Assembly (NCBI RefSeq): GCF_026210795.1
Contig: NC_089434.1
Location: 558,001-622,000, forward strand
Source of the DNA: Rhizophagus irregularis
Lineage: Eukaryota
Direction: 5' to 3'
DNA length: 64,000 nucleotides
This document shows, piece by piece, positions 1 to 12,905 of the stretch. The notes under the pieces are model-generated. The model was not told the origin of the DNA and ran no database searches. It worked only from the letters and a program-made list of their open reading frames with translations. How positions within the stretch are numbered: the stretch's first letter is position 1; the number at the start of each line of letters is the position of its first letter. A program made the translations under genes and the position numbers.

Positions 1-1275
1 AATTTTATTAATATTAATAGGTATATTATTTGCTAAATTTATAAAAAATTTATCAATATTATAAGAAATATTAATATTTAATATTCTTATTCTTAAATTT
101 TTTAAAAATTCTAATACTGATAAATCAATATATAAATAAATTCTTATTTCTAAAAAAATAAGATTTGAACAATACATTGATATATTTTCAATAAGTTGAA
201 TTGTAGGATTTTCAATTAATAATCTTTGTAATGATTCTCCTAGATATTTGATCATTAAAGATGTGACATCATCATTCCATCTATTACGTATAAATGATAA
301 TTCCTTGAGCTTAAATGAAGCAAAATTTAAAATCTCACATTGATTTAATAATATACCTTCACAAGATTTAAATATTAAATATTCTAAATTATATAAATTA
401 TTAAACCTTTTTAAATTAACGTTAATAAAGTTTGATCTTATAAATTCAATATGAACTAAAGAATGCTTTTGAAATTCTAAGGATAAAATAATATTATTTA
501 ATAAAGAATAACAATTCCATATCTTAAATATTTTAAGTTTGTTTTTCCCTTGAATAATTTTGTAAAGATTTTCCCATATAGTATTTTTGGAATTGACTGA
601 CCCTCGAGTTTGAGTAAGCTTAATTATCAATTTACTCAAATTTAAACTATTATTAGTTATATTTCCTAAAAATTCTTGTTTAATTTCATTATTAATGATA
701 TCATCTAATGATAAACTTAATGATTTTAATTTTGTTAAATTTGAAATAAAGTTTTGAACATTAAAATTTTTAAAACCTTGTTTATAAAATAAATGTAATG
801 AAATATCTAATTGTTTAATATTTCTACTTTGACGTAAAATTGATTGATGAAATATTGGAATAATATCTTCATACATTTTATCTGTAAATATCGATAAACC
901 TAAATTATAATTTATAAACATAATAATAAAAGACTTTATTTTAGAGTGATTGTAATCTTCTAAATATTTTAAATATTCAAATAATGGTTTATGTTCTTCA
1001 TAATCAATATTATTATTATTATTATTAATTTGATTTATTCCTAATTGATTCTTTAATTGTAAAATTTCTTCTTTATTAAAACATAAAATTATGGTTGAGA
1101 TTATCATGTATTTTTTTTTGGATATTATTACAAAAGGATTTGTATAAAGTAAAGGAATTGCCGTTTTACACCAAAATCTATTAACTAATAAACAGTTAAA
1201 TAAAGTTGTTCCATCATTTTGAAGGTATTGTAAAATATCATAAACACAATCATCTATTAAATAAGGCAATGACAT
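1..1275 (-). CDS. F-box-like / LRR-like protein, runs off the left edge of the window
   Basis: ATG at 1275 gives MSLPYLIDDCVYDILQYLQNDGTTLFNCLLVNRFWCKTAIPLLYTNPF, the N-terminus typical of the expanded Glomeromycotina F-box-like family. The frame is open where checked (first ~110 codons and positions 1-60). It is probably missing from the ORF track because no stop lies in the window. Confidence 0.8.
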   Translation of the reverse strand, partial: MSLPYLIDDCVYDILQYLQNDGTTLFNCLLVNRFWCKTAIPLLYTNPFVIISKKKYMIISTIILCFNKEEILQLKNQLGINQINNNNNNIDYEEHKPLFEYLKYLEDYNHSKIKSFIIMFINYNLGLSIFTDKMYEDIIPIFHQSILRQSRNIKQLDISLHLFYKQGFKNFNVQNFISNLTKLKSLSLSLDDIINNEIKQEFLGNITNNSLNLSKLIIKLTQTRGSVNSKNTIWENLYKIIQGKNKLKIFKIWNCYSLLNNIILSLEFQKHSLVHIEFIRSNFINVNLKRFNNLYNLEYLIFKSCEGILLNQCEILNFASFKLKELSFIRNRWNDDVTSLMIKYLGESLQRLLIENPTIQLIENISMYCSNLIFLEIRIYLYIDLSVLEFLKNLRIRILNINISYNIDKFFINLANNIPININKI

Positions 1276-2171
1276 CTTAAGAAATTTTAGGAAGAAAATA
1301 CGAGTATCGGAGTTATGTTAGTTATTACAGTATTATAAGCCCAATTTTAGAAGTCATATGGTTGTACATTTTATAATACTGCGACACGAACTGTGGATAA
1401 ATTAGAATGCCGTAATTGCTGACGTGTGTGACGTATGACATATTGTATGTAAAACATTTATTGATGTATTGATGTGTTACACTGCTGATCATACGTTGAA
1501 CAATAATTTTTATTTTTATCACAAAAAGAACCGTCATTAGTACAGTCTACAAGAAACTATATAAAACAATTTCTACAAGTAGGGCATAAGAACTAATGCA
1601 TGAAAAGTCTTCCTAAGACAACATTCTTCTGGTGGAAATGGGAAATAACAAAAATATCTATACTAGATAGATATCACCAAAAAAGAAATAAAATAAAACT
1701 ATGCAATATAAGGTTGAACAAACTTGAATAAAATTAGCCAATCAAAATATTATATAGTATATATCATATAATACAAATGAGCCACACTCTCCTATTTTGA
1801 AATAATTAAAGAATAATTAAAGCATTTTACTAAGTCCATTCAAAAAAAAATAATTATTATTTTTTGATCCCACATATAGCAAATGGACAACTTCTTCAAA
1901 TTTGAACCGGCGATTTAAAAAGTTATATCCAAATTTTTTTGTCTCTTGTTCTTAAAAAGAAAATTTTATAATTTCAAAACAATACATATGGCTAGTTCAT
2001 TAATAATGATCTGCAAAATTAAAATTTTCTGCAAATATGCGTCATATGATCATGTAGCAATAAAATTTATTTAATTGCCTATTCGTCTAAAATCAGCACT
2101 GCATCACTAACAAAATTTGGGGCTAAATTTGCCGATTTCATGCTAGAACATATTAACTATAAACTAGAAAA

Positions 2172-2872
2172 TAGGGTTGGATCGGTCCTAGCAAAGACCG
2201 GTCCTGCGTCGGTCTTGGGACCGGTCTTCACGGTCTTCGGTCCGAGATCTGAGGACCGGTCCGGACCGGGACCGATCTTATATTATTAATATCCAATAAA
2301 AATGAGCCAAATTTTTGTGCTCATGTACTTCTAGGACACGGTTTTTGCCAAAACCGACTATCAGTTCGGTTTTTAACATTTTCGCAACGTTTTTTATTAA
2401 AAAAATGTGCGAAAACCTTTTTTTCGTGAAATTATTAATAAAAAACGTTTTTGTAATGTTTCCTATTAATAAAATAATTAAAAAAACATGCGAAAACGTT
2501 TTTTTATTAAATTACTTAATAAAAAATGCTGCAAAACGTTAATTACTTAATAAAAACGTTTTCACAACGTTGTTTGTTAAAATAATTAAAAACGTTTGCG
2601 AAAAACGTTTTTTTTTATGAACTTATTAATAAAAAACGTTTTCGCAACATTTTCTATTAAAATAATTAAAAAACGTTGCGAAACGTTGTTTATTTGTTAA
2701 ATTACATGTTAAAAAATGTTTCGCAACGTTCTTTAATGTTTTAGAGGTCTTAAAATCATGGGGACAAAATTTCTTGAATTTAAATCAGTCCGGTCCCGGT
2801 CCAGTCCGGTCCAGGTTGAAAGACCGGTCTTTTTGGGACCGGACCAGACCGGACCGGACCGATCCAACCCTA
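2172..2872. mobile_element. Non-autonomous hAT-type MITE
   Basis: TIR TAGGGTTGGATCGGTCC / GGACCGATCCAACCCTA. Perfect 8-bp TSD CTAGAAAA (2164-2171, 2873-2880). Subterminal GGACCGGTCC-type repeats and internal AAAACGTT-rich repeats. Confidence 0.9.
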
Positions 2873-3839
2873 CTAGAAAACGTGAACCGTTGTAAGTCTG
2901 GACTCCGGAACGAAAAACTAAAATTTGCGATTTCATTGAGCGACGATCACGTGGCGGACAGAGAATTTCACGTGATCGATTTTTTTTCATAGTGCGTAGA
3001 CATATATTGTCCTTCGCTCCGGACAATAAAAGTCACATGATATTCTGAAAAAATACTTGAAAAGCAGAATAAGAGTTTACTATGTACGCGCGTCAGATTT
3101 ACACCTTAAAATATAGGAAAATTTAAAATTTATTTTCTGTATTGCATTATTTACATTAAAAACATATAATTTTTAGCTTTCAAAGTTGTTTTTAAAGACT
3201 TTTTTGAAATATTTTTTATTATTAAAACTGGGTGAAAGTTGAAGAAAACCAATTGATAATTTATTTTTTTCATTATTTCTATTGTAATTAACGGATGATT
3301 GTTCATAATTTATTTTGGATTTATGAATGTTTTATATTACTTTTACAGTAAGCAATTCTCATTCTTTTTTTTTATTTTTTTTATTTAGACAAGTTCTGTT
3401 TTGATTTATTATTTTTTTTTATTGATACATTCAATTTTTTGATTTTGATATTAGACATAGGATAGTTGAATTTAATAGTGACATGCATATTTACTTATAA
3501 CTATAAGACGCGTATAGAGAAATTTAAACTAATTAAAATAATTAAATTACTCTTTAAGTAGGAATTTGGTAAATTTGAGAATATTTTATTAAACGGAATT
3601 TTAGAAAAACACGATGCATTATAATGAAACAAATACGATGTGTGGTCAACGAATCAATAATTTCAACAAATACCTCATCTTTAAATTAATATCGATAAGA
3701 CAGAAATTTGAAATTTTTTTTTTTAAGATTAAAATTTATGCTGGATTGATTTTTTTCAAAAAAAAGATTCTTTTGTCTTTTAATACTTTTTTTTTTGCTT
3801 AAAAATGCTAAAAACTTGTAAGCTTACTTTTTTTGAATT

Positions 3840-4345
3840 TACTGGTCTTTACAAAGGTTCGTAAACTTTAAATCCACCAAGGAGTACAGTGCGTGACGTT
3901 GTTGGCAAGTAAAAAAAATAAAATTGATTAACATTAATAATTATACATCTTAGTCGAACCATCAAAGTTCAATGAAATGGATTTGAAATCCGCAAGCATC
4001 ACTACTATCCGCCATAATCTTTATGAATTGGCATACTGGAGTTAGAAAACCTTAGTTTCAGAATAAAATTTTCTCAAACATCCGGGAAAACTGGAAAATG
4101 AATAGAAAATTGTAGTTTGGAGCAATTAATCTTGATATCTTTATTTCAAAACAACTTTCACCATTGGACTTGATGCAGTCCTAAAGAAAAATATAATGTT
4201 AGTTATCGTTTACCTATAGTTAAGTAAGTCATTTCCGGTGTAATAGTTTTGGGATGCGGTCCAATAATAATGATTATTACTGTAGGAAGAATATTAATGC
4301 AAAGAAATATCTAGAAATTTTGCAGAATCGTTTTTTCCTTATTAT
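3840..4345 (+). pseudogene. Degenerate Tc1/mariner transposase remnant
   Basis: Interrupted-frame peptides PRSTVRDVVGK (HTH-like), SITTIRHNLYEL, SPKEKYN, SGVIVLGC and INAKKYLEILQN occur in Tc1 order, with many stops and frameshifts. Confidence 0.55.
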
Positions 4346-4370
4346 GACCAAATATTTATTTAATGTTTTA

Positions 4371-5064
4371 CTAGCTGTAGCTTGTTGCGTTGCAACAGGA
4401 TTAAATGAGTTTAAATCAATATAAAATTTTTGTTTTATATTTAGATAAATTAGAACTTAGAATAAGTAACTTAAAATAAAAAAAAAATTATGTAATATTA
4501 TAACTAAAAAAGCTATACAATGCATATTTAGCGATAGTATGCTTTTGGATGATAAATTTCTGACGATCATCTTCCAAATTTATTCACTTTTTCGCTTAAT
4601 TTGTAGTTTGTCATACGATCTACATGCATTTTTTCATAATTTCGGAAATGCTCAATGTGAACTTTTTTGAATCAATTTTATATAGCTATATATATTGCTA
4701 ATTGCAATTGCTATTGCAATTGCAATTGCAATAGCTATATAGCTATAGACGTTGTTATTGCAATATTGCTTCTTTGATATCATTAAAATAAAATTACAAA
4801 ATATTCATTTTTGTGCCACTTTCGCTACATATTAACTTGAGGCATCAAACAATAAGTTTTATATTTGTATTTGATTTTGTTGATCTTTATTGATTTTCAA
4901 TAAAAATAGATTCAAATATATTTCTTTTTCGTTAAAAAAATTGAAACGTGTAGATGATCATGTAGATCTTGTGATAATCAAAATAAAAAAGTGTTAGACG
5001 AAAATTTTTTTCAAAAATTTTTCTTTTTTTATAAATTTTTTTACATTTTTTTCTATTTGTAAGA
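4371..5064 (-). mobile_element. Non-autonomous Helitron (3' end firm, 5' end tentative)
   Basis: The minus strand reads imperfect hairpin CCTGTTGCAACGCAACAAG then CTACAGCTAG|T ending at 4371, the same layout as the Helitron end at 20291. Candidate 5' end A|TCTTACAAATAG at 5064; an alternative A|TCTATATTAAT lies at 10028. Confidence 0.6.
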
Positions 5065-5339
5065 TTAAATATTTGGATATTACATAATCACAAATTAAAT
5101 TTATAAGTGTATTTAAGTGTATTTCTTTTAGAAAATAATGTGATATTTCATAAAAAATATTTTTTCTTACTATTTTTATTTTTAAACTACTTGAATTTAT
5201 AATTAATGAAAAAATTAATTAAAAATTTATGTCAGGTCATTTTCAAATTTTTATCATCTCAGTTCTTAATTTTTATATTACATTTATTTTTTATATAAAA
5301 TTTTTTTAAATTAAACTTCTTTTTCCAAATATACTATAA

Positions 5340-6296
5340 TCTCCACTTTGGCCAAATGAAATCAACTTCATTTATTAATTAAAAGTTGTTCAGGCATGTT
5401 GAAACCACTTGACTATTAATTTTCATGAATATAGGTATAGTGCTTAGAGAAAATTGCATTTCTTGATGATATTAACTCTCTTTTCTGTTTTTTAATTTAG
5501 AGCGTAATATTTCCACTTTGGGCAAATGAAATCAACTTTATTTATTAAATGAAAGTTGTTCAGGCAGGTTGAAACTACTTGAATATTAATTTTCATGAAT
5601 GTAGGTGTAGTGCTCATAGAAAATTGCATTTTTCTTGATGATATTAACTCTCTTTTCTGTTTTTTAACTTAGAGCGTAATATTTCGACTTTAGACAAATG
5701 AAATCAACTTTATTTATTAATTGAAAGTTGTTCAGGCAGGTTGAAACCATTTGAATATTAATTTTCATGAATGTAGATGTAGTGCTTAGAGAAAATTGCA
5801 TTTTTCTTGATGATATTAACTCTCTTTTTTGTGTTTTAATTTAGAGCGTAATATTTCCACTCTAGACAAATGAAATCAACTTTATTTATTAATTGAAAGT
5901 TGTTCAGGCAGGTTGAAACAACTTGAACATTAATTTTCATGAATGTAGGTGTAGTGCTTAGAGAAAATTGCATTTTTCTTGATGATATTAACTCTCTTTT
6001 CTGTTTTTTTAATTTAGAGCGTAATATTTCCACTTTAGACAAATGAAATCAACTTTATTTATTAATTGAAAGTTGTTCAGGCAGGTTGAAACTACTTGAA
6101 TATTAATTTTCATGAATGTAGGTGTAGTGCTCAGAGAAAATTGCATTTTTCTTGATGATATTAACTCTCTTTTCTGTTTTTTAACTTAGAGCGTAATATT
6201 TCCACTTTAGACAAATGAAATCAACTTTATTTATTAATTGAAAGTTGTTCAGGCAGGTTAAAACAACTTGAATATTAATTTTCATGAATGTAGGTG
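5340..6296. repeat. Tandem satellite array, 172-173-bp unit, left part (~5.5 units)
   Basis: Anchor AGCGTAATATTT recurs at 5501, 5673, 5845, 6018 and 6190. Confidence 0.95.
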
Positions 6297-8379
6297 CCCA
6301 GTAAAAAGTCTTCGTATAAAATTCATATGGTTTTTGTTTAGTTTTTGTAATAATTGTCTAATTTTCGTATAGTATTTGTTATATTTAAACATTTTTTATT
6401 TTTTTATAAAGTTTAAACGTATAATTATTGTAAGATTTATTAAAATTTATGACATTTAATAAACAAAATTTGTATGATTTCTAAATTTGTTTGAAATTTG
6501 TGTTAAAGAAAAAGTTCTTAAAAAAAATTTTATTTTGTTTACTTCAATTTTAGATTGAAGTTCGGTAAACTTGGAATACTTAACTTAAAATAGTAATGAT
6601 ATACTTCATTTAATTTGAAGTACGTAAATAACAAATATTTATTTACACATCTCTATCACCCTTACTTTGTGCATCTTATGCATCTTATTACCGTATTCTT
6701 TTATGCATTATACTATTCTTTCCTTTTTCTTATGTTATCTTATTCCCTGCTTTCTATTCTCCTTTTTTACGCGTTTTTATCTTTTTTAAGTATCTATTCT
6801 CCCTTCTTACATGTTTTGTTTATTTCTCTATTTCTCTTATTTGTATATCTTGTTTTATTTTCCCTTTTTATTTTACATTTCTTTATTTTATTTCTCTTTT
6901 TTTTATGCGTCTTGATTTTTTGATTTTATTCCTTTTTTAAATATCTTGATTTATTTCTTCTTTCTTTACGTGTCTTTATTTTATTTCTCCTTTTTTTACG
7001 CGTCTTGATTTTCTTGATTTTATTCCTCCCCTTTTTAAACATCTTGATTCTATTCTTCTTACTTTACGCGTCTTTATTTTATTTCTCCCTTTTTTACGTG
7101 TCTTGTTTTATTCCTCCCTTTTTTACGCGTCTTGTTTTATTCCTCCCCTTTAATGCGACTTACTTTCTCTTTTCACACATCTTTTTTTTTATTTTTTTAA
7201 ATATCTTACACATCTCATTTTCCTTTTTCATAGATTCATTTCATCCCTTCCATAATTTCTATTTTTTATAACGACATATATGACATAATCCGAAAATTGA
7301 TACACCAATATGAATATAAAAATTTTTTTTTGAGGTATGTACTATTTAAATAATTTTATTTATAACTTTTATTGCTTATGTTTTAAGACACGTTTTAATA
7401 TGAATTTTATTAAAATTTTTAACTTCATATTAATCATCAGCTTCAATGTCAAAATCTTCATAATCACTTTTGATTAATCACATTTATCTCTATATTCATA
7501 TCAAAGCATCTTTCCAAAGTAATTTTTTTTTTCAGAATGTGGTTTTGGATCGGAACTCCATACCTATAACCTTAGAAGTAACCATTTCCTTAAGAGACTT
7601 AGGCGGGATAAGAGCCAATTCTAGCAACTGTACCTTTTAAAGTTAACCAAACTCCCTTAATTGGTTAGAAGTTCATAATGGTAAGGTACAAATTGCTTTA
7701 ATTTGTTTAATTTTATTAGTTCATAAAGTTCTAATTTGCTAGAATTTTCCATATCCTTTTCAAGTTTGATGTAGAGCCCGCACTAATGACTCTATGATGC
7801 TGACAATAACTCTACAGCTCCTCATCCTCCTTAATACGATTACTAACACTTTTATCACTTCCGAAACCAACCCTAACTCTTTGGTTGATACAGCTTCCCC
7901 TTCTCAAACAGATAACCCTCCTACCAGCACCTCTCTTATGGATTCTATACATGTGTATATTATTCTTGATAGTTTATCACAAAATCTTCGAATATGTCAG
8001 CTGTAAAATTACTGGTATAATAAGTACATAGCCTACTACAATATTAGAATTTTGAATAACATTGAAAACATAATTTCAGACATCAGCATTGCCACCTCTG
8101 GTCAATAGCACAAGCCAAAAAAAAAGCGAGTTTAATAGATTATTATATTTTAAATTTAGAAGAATAAACCATATAAAGTGCAAGTCTATTGCAAATTTAT
8201 AATAAATTACTTTCAAATACTATATAAAAATAATGCATGTTTATAACAAATTTATTTCAAATACCATACGAAAACATTACAGATATTGTACAAATGGATG
8301 CTCATAATTGTACTAAATTTGTTATATTAACTTATCTTACGTTTTTTTTACAAAAACCCAACATAAACTTTTTATTGGG
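6297..8379. mobile_element. Non-autonomous CMC/EnSpm-like DNA transposon inserted in the satellite
   Basis: TIR CCCAGTAAAAAGT / ACTTTTTATTGGG (1 mismatch). The satellite unit TAGGTGTAGTGC is split as TAGGTG|element|TGTAGTGC, giving a 2-bp TSD TG. CCCA termini with a 2-bp TSD fit the CMC superfamily. No intact transposase seen. Confidence 0.75.
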
Positions 8380-9060
8380 TGTAGTGCTTAGAGAAAATTG
8401 CATTTTTCTTGATGATATTAACTCTCTTTTTTGTGTTTTAATCTAGAGCGTAATATTTCCACTTTAGACAAATGAAATCAACTTTATTTATTAATTGAAA
8501 GTTGTTCAGGCAGGTTGAAACTACTTGAATATTAATTTTCATGAATGTAGGTGTAGTGCTTAGAGAAAATTGCATTTTTCTTGATGATATTAACTCTCTT
8601 TTCTGTTTTTTTAACTTAGAGCGTAATATTTCCACTTTAGACAAATGAAATCAACTTTATTTATTAATTGAAAGTTGTTCAGGCAGGTTAAAACAACTTG
8701 AATATTAATTTTCATGAATGTAGGTGTAGTGCTTAGAGAAAATTGCATTTTTCTTGATGATATTAACTCTCTTTTCTGTTTTTTAATTTAGAGCGTAATA
8801 TTTCCACTTTAGACAAATGAAATCAACTTTATTTATTAAATGAAAGTTGTTCAGGCAGGTTGAAACCACTTGAATATTAATTTTCATGAATGTAGGTGTA
8901 GTGCTCAGAGAAAATTGCATTTTTCTTGATGATATTAACTCTCTTTTCTGTTTTTAATTTATAGCGTAATATTTCCACTTTGGGCAAATGAAATCAACTT
9001 TATTTATTAATTGAAAGTTGTTCAGGCAAGTTGAAACTACTTGAATATTAGTTTTCATAA
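8380..9060. repeat. Tandem satellite array, ~172-bp unit, right part (~4 units)
   Basis: Resumes in register after the insertion; anchor at about 8447, 8620, 8792 and 8963. Confidence 0.95.
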
Positions 9061-9553
9061 GATTTCATTTTTTTGTAGCTGTAGAACACTTATTACAGCT
9101 TATGTCATTATTTTAAATTATAAAAATTAATTTATATTATTGGCTAATTATAATCACATGATACTATTTGATTTAATAATTTAATAAAATATTATTATTT
9201 AAAATTAAATTCATATAAATGCAACTAATATTAATAATTATAATTTAAGCAGTAAATTCATTGACCAATTCTTGTAAATTTTATGCTCAAATTATGTAAT
9301 TTCTTTGATCAAATCAATATAAATTCAGTATAAATTATGGTCAATCATACAAATGGTGCATTTTTGTGATATGGAATTGTGCATTTTCCTATATCCTTAT
9401 ATATAGTTTAGATACATTATTTTTAAGAAAAAATTGTATAAATCTTATTAAAACATGATTTTTTATAGGGTCTAATTATAATAAAATTTTATTATTCAGT
9501 AACAATTCAATTTATTTATATCAAAGAATTTTTTTAATTATAAATGTTATATT

Positions 9554-9590
9554 TGGGGGACGAAGTCCCCCAGCAAATCGCATATTCTAG
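9554..9590 (+). mobile_element. Helitron-type 3' terminus (hairpin + CTAG)
   Basis: GGGGGAC-GAA-GTCCCCC stem-loop followed by ...ATATTCTAG|T. It probably terminates the element carrying the 172-bp array; 5' end not located. Confidence 0.7.
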
Positions 9591-10559
9591 TTATTCAATA
9601 AAAAATATTTTATTTTAATTATATCGCCGATCCAAACCTAAGAGGTGAAAGAACGAAAAAAAGAAAAAATGGAAAAAAAAACTAGTAAAATAATAAGAAA
9701 AATTATTAAAATAAAAATCACGCTTACTGTATGACTGTAGCGTCAATCCGACCAGTGAATTTTCTTCCTTTTTTTATCTTTAATTGTTTTTATCTATAAG
9801 AACGAATTATTAAAATAAAGTAAATTAAACATGTAGAAAGCAAGCTAATATAAATGAGTACCTAGGTTTAGTTGGTGAAATCTATTGCTTCTAGAAGTTC
9901 TAGAAAATAAAAAATAATTGTACTTTAATGATCTGATCATTGATCTAGATCAGTAGATCTAAGCCTAAAGACGAAATAAAAAAATGGATAAAATAAATAA
10001 TAAATTACATAAAAATTATTAATATAGATTATTACAATCAGATATCTCTATAATCGACCACCCTATAAAGAGAAAAAAACTGGGATGAAAAATATTAAAA
10101 ATTCAGTTTTAAAAAAAAATTGGAAAGAAAAACTATTAAAATCTTGGTAAAAAAAAAATAATATTAAAAAAAATCTGGTATAAAAAAAGAAACCGAAACA
10201 AAATGATATTAAAAAAAAAATAGTATTAAAAAAAATGATACGGTCTAAAAAAAATTGAAAGAAAAGTATTGTTAAATAAAAAATGATCCAGTCGAAAAAA
10301 ATGATCCAGTCTGCAGTGAAAAAAAAACTGAAAAAAGATCTTAAAATCAATGTTCGGATAGGCTACGGTAACCACATCAAAAGGGTGGAATAACCGAAAA
10401 TTGAAACATGATTAATAAAACAAGTTAAGCTTTTTTTCGTTAAATAAATATTCAGATATTATCAAATGTAAATTTTTTGGGATTTGGGAAAACATGAATG
10501 TTATTATTATTAGTGTTATACGTAAAATAAATGGTTCTATTTTCACAACGAAGGATGAC

Positions 10560-10900
10560 ATTCCACTTTCGCATTTTCCTTCCAATTCATGCAGTTCTTT
10601 TAAAACATTTCATTACTTTTTTTTAATGAATCATAATCTTCGTTACCACTTACCAGCAGGATATAAAATAATTGTAAAATGTTTGTCATGAAAATGCAAA
10701 TTTTTCTTATAATTACACCTGTAACCATCACGTGTTTTACTTTTTGGCCCACATTATTTCCATCGCCAGAAATACTTAAATAATAATGATAGGACGACTA
10801 GGACGTGTAATACACCATCACTAATAAGCTTAGGTACTATATATTTAAGAATGTCTTTTATACTTCTATATCCCACTTTTCGAATTGCACTAAATTATAT
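10560..10900 (-). pseudogene. Degenerate transposase-like remnant, tentatively Transib/RAG1-related
   Basis: Fragments KVGYRSIKDILKYIVPKLISDGVL, ISGDGNNVGQKVKHVMVT and GNEDYDSLKK resemble a repeated Glomeromycotina family as I recall it; frameshifted. The superfamily assignment is an inference. Confidence 0.45.
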
Positions 10901-11732
10901 ATTTAAATCAACATAATAAAATATAATTGTGTTAAAGTATTTGAACAATTATAATTATAACTAATATCAGTTCCTGTATTATATATACCAATTAATTTAA
11001 TTAAGAACTAAATCTTCCATTTTTCAAAATATCATTGGCCATACACATAGTACATGTATGTGTCTGTGACAGACAGACAGACCGATTCCACCTATTAAAA
11101 CATTAATATGATTTTACATACATATTAAGATTGATTTCTTTAATTTCAATTAACATTATTTAGAGAATTATTATTATATGATGCATGAAAGGATTTTTTG
11201 CCAAAAAAAAAGTGCATAATTACCATAATGATCCATAATTCAAAGTTTTATCCATCTTGTTAGATCATTAATGAATTAAATAGACTAAATTTTTAGATTA
11301 TTTCGATTATTAATTATTTTTTTTTGTTTCCAAACAAAATATATTGTTATTTAGTATTTAATCCCATATGTGAAAAGAAGAAATCTTCTTGGAAATTTGA
11401 AATCATAAATTATGATATAGCTTAAATAATACCAATAAAAATAAAATTTAAAACAAAATTTAAAATAAAATTTTATTTATTTAAAACAATAAAAAGATAT
11501 TATTGGGCGTTTTTTATAAAACTAGTAACGATTTTATTGATCATTTGTTGATCATTTATTTTTAAATTTATTATAAATTTTGTCACGAGATTTTCTATGG
11601 AAATCATTTCTCAATTTGTTATTAAAACACCTGCTGAATTGCCTCGAAATTGAAAATCATTTCTCTTTTTATAAAAAAATTTCCTTTTTGGTAAAAAACT
11701 CTCAAATTAATCTTATATAACTTTATATGTAA

Positions 11733-11813
11733 ATGACAATGACAATGACAATGACAATGTCAATGTCAATGTCAATGTCAATGTCAATGTCAATGTCAAT
11801 GACAATGACAATG
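11733..11813. repeat. Compound hexanucleotide microsatellite (GACAAT)n(GTCAAT)n(GACAAT)n
   Basis: Directly visible, about 13 units. Confidence 0.95.
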
Positions 11814-12905
11814 AAAAAAACTTCTAATGCCAACTTTTCGCAAAAACTCTTCCTGTGCCACTGAAAATACCTGTTAAATTGAGACATCATTTAATATTTG
11901 CATGTTTTCATTTGTTTGCTGATCAATTTCGCTATTATAATATTATTTACTGTTGTAGCATTTTCGCTATAATTTAAAAAATTTTTAAATAATTTTAACA
12001 AAAAACGTTTTATCGTTAATTAATAAATTATAGTTTTTCAATTTAATTTTTAAAATGTTAATTTCAAAATAATACATGTATTATGACAATTTCTCTCTAT
12101 AAAAAAAATAAAATAAATAAAATAAATAATAAGTAGAGGTTAGAACCATCCAAAAAAACCTTAACCAGTTAATATGAAAAATATTTAAAATTTTTTTTTA
12201 CTTAAAATTGTACCAATTTTCGATTTTACTAACGCTAATACATTTAGTTGAAAAAAGACTATTTGAATCACTACCATTATTAATAAATAGGAAAAAATTC
12301 GGTATTAAATTTTGAGTTTGAAAACATATAACTGAATTACTAAGTCTCTAGGCAGCATTAAGTAAATCTGATCAGAATTACTGATATATTTATGGTCAAA
12401 ACAGTTTTAACCAGTTAATCCTGCTAATAAGATCCTTGTGTTAATTAAATTTTGACAATAATTTGTCTTATGGATTATAAAATTTTGATATTTAACACTT
12501 TTGGGATTATAGAATTTGATTATGAGGATAATGCACCATTGGAATTTTAATGGATGAGTTCCCTTCAGTGTACAAAAAGTTTTAGAAAAATTCCGAAAAT
12601 CTTCTGAAAAATACTACAATCTGCAGTAAAATGTCCAAAATTATTCAAGATTTAAAAAATTTACCAGATTTTTCAAAAACCTTTTAGAAAATCTGGCAAA
12701 ATTGAGTAGATTTTACGCTGGCCCCCTTTCTTGAAGTGATACAATTAATTATGATAATCAAGTTTTTTCATCTTGTACTTTACCAATTATATAAAAATCT
12801 GTAATGCTTTATTCACATTTATAGATAGTTTGCAGGTGTTTTTTTCTCTACACTCAAAATAATATAAAATCTTTCAATTTTTTTTTATCAAAAAAATTAA
12901 AAAAA

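Noticed and set aside
2733..3026. ORFs of 97 and 72 aa over the MITE right end
   Set aside because: They arise from GC-rich subterminal repeats and cross the element boundary.
2880..3110. GC-richer segment ending CCTTAA, a possible Kolobok/Crypton-type end
   Set aside because: No matching opposite terminus found.
6615..7271. F/L-rich 'membrane protein' ORFs
   Set aside because: Pyrimidine-rich low-complexity repeats inside the CMC-like element; the composition alone explains the open frames.
5836..8644. Duplicated 68-aa ORFs MSKVEILRSKL... (5836-6042, 8438-8644)
   Set aside because: They are translations of satellite monomers with non-ATG starts, and the 172-173-bp unit does not preserve frame.
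5340..9060. CRISPR-like array
   Set aside because: Whole units repeat with no unique spacers, there are no cas genes, and the context is eukaryotic.
11055..11100. (GACA)n microsatellite suggestive of a DINE/Helitron 5' region
   Set aside because: Only ~3-4 units, and no matching terminus or hairpin found.
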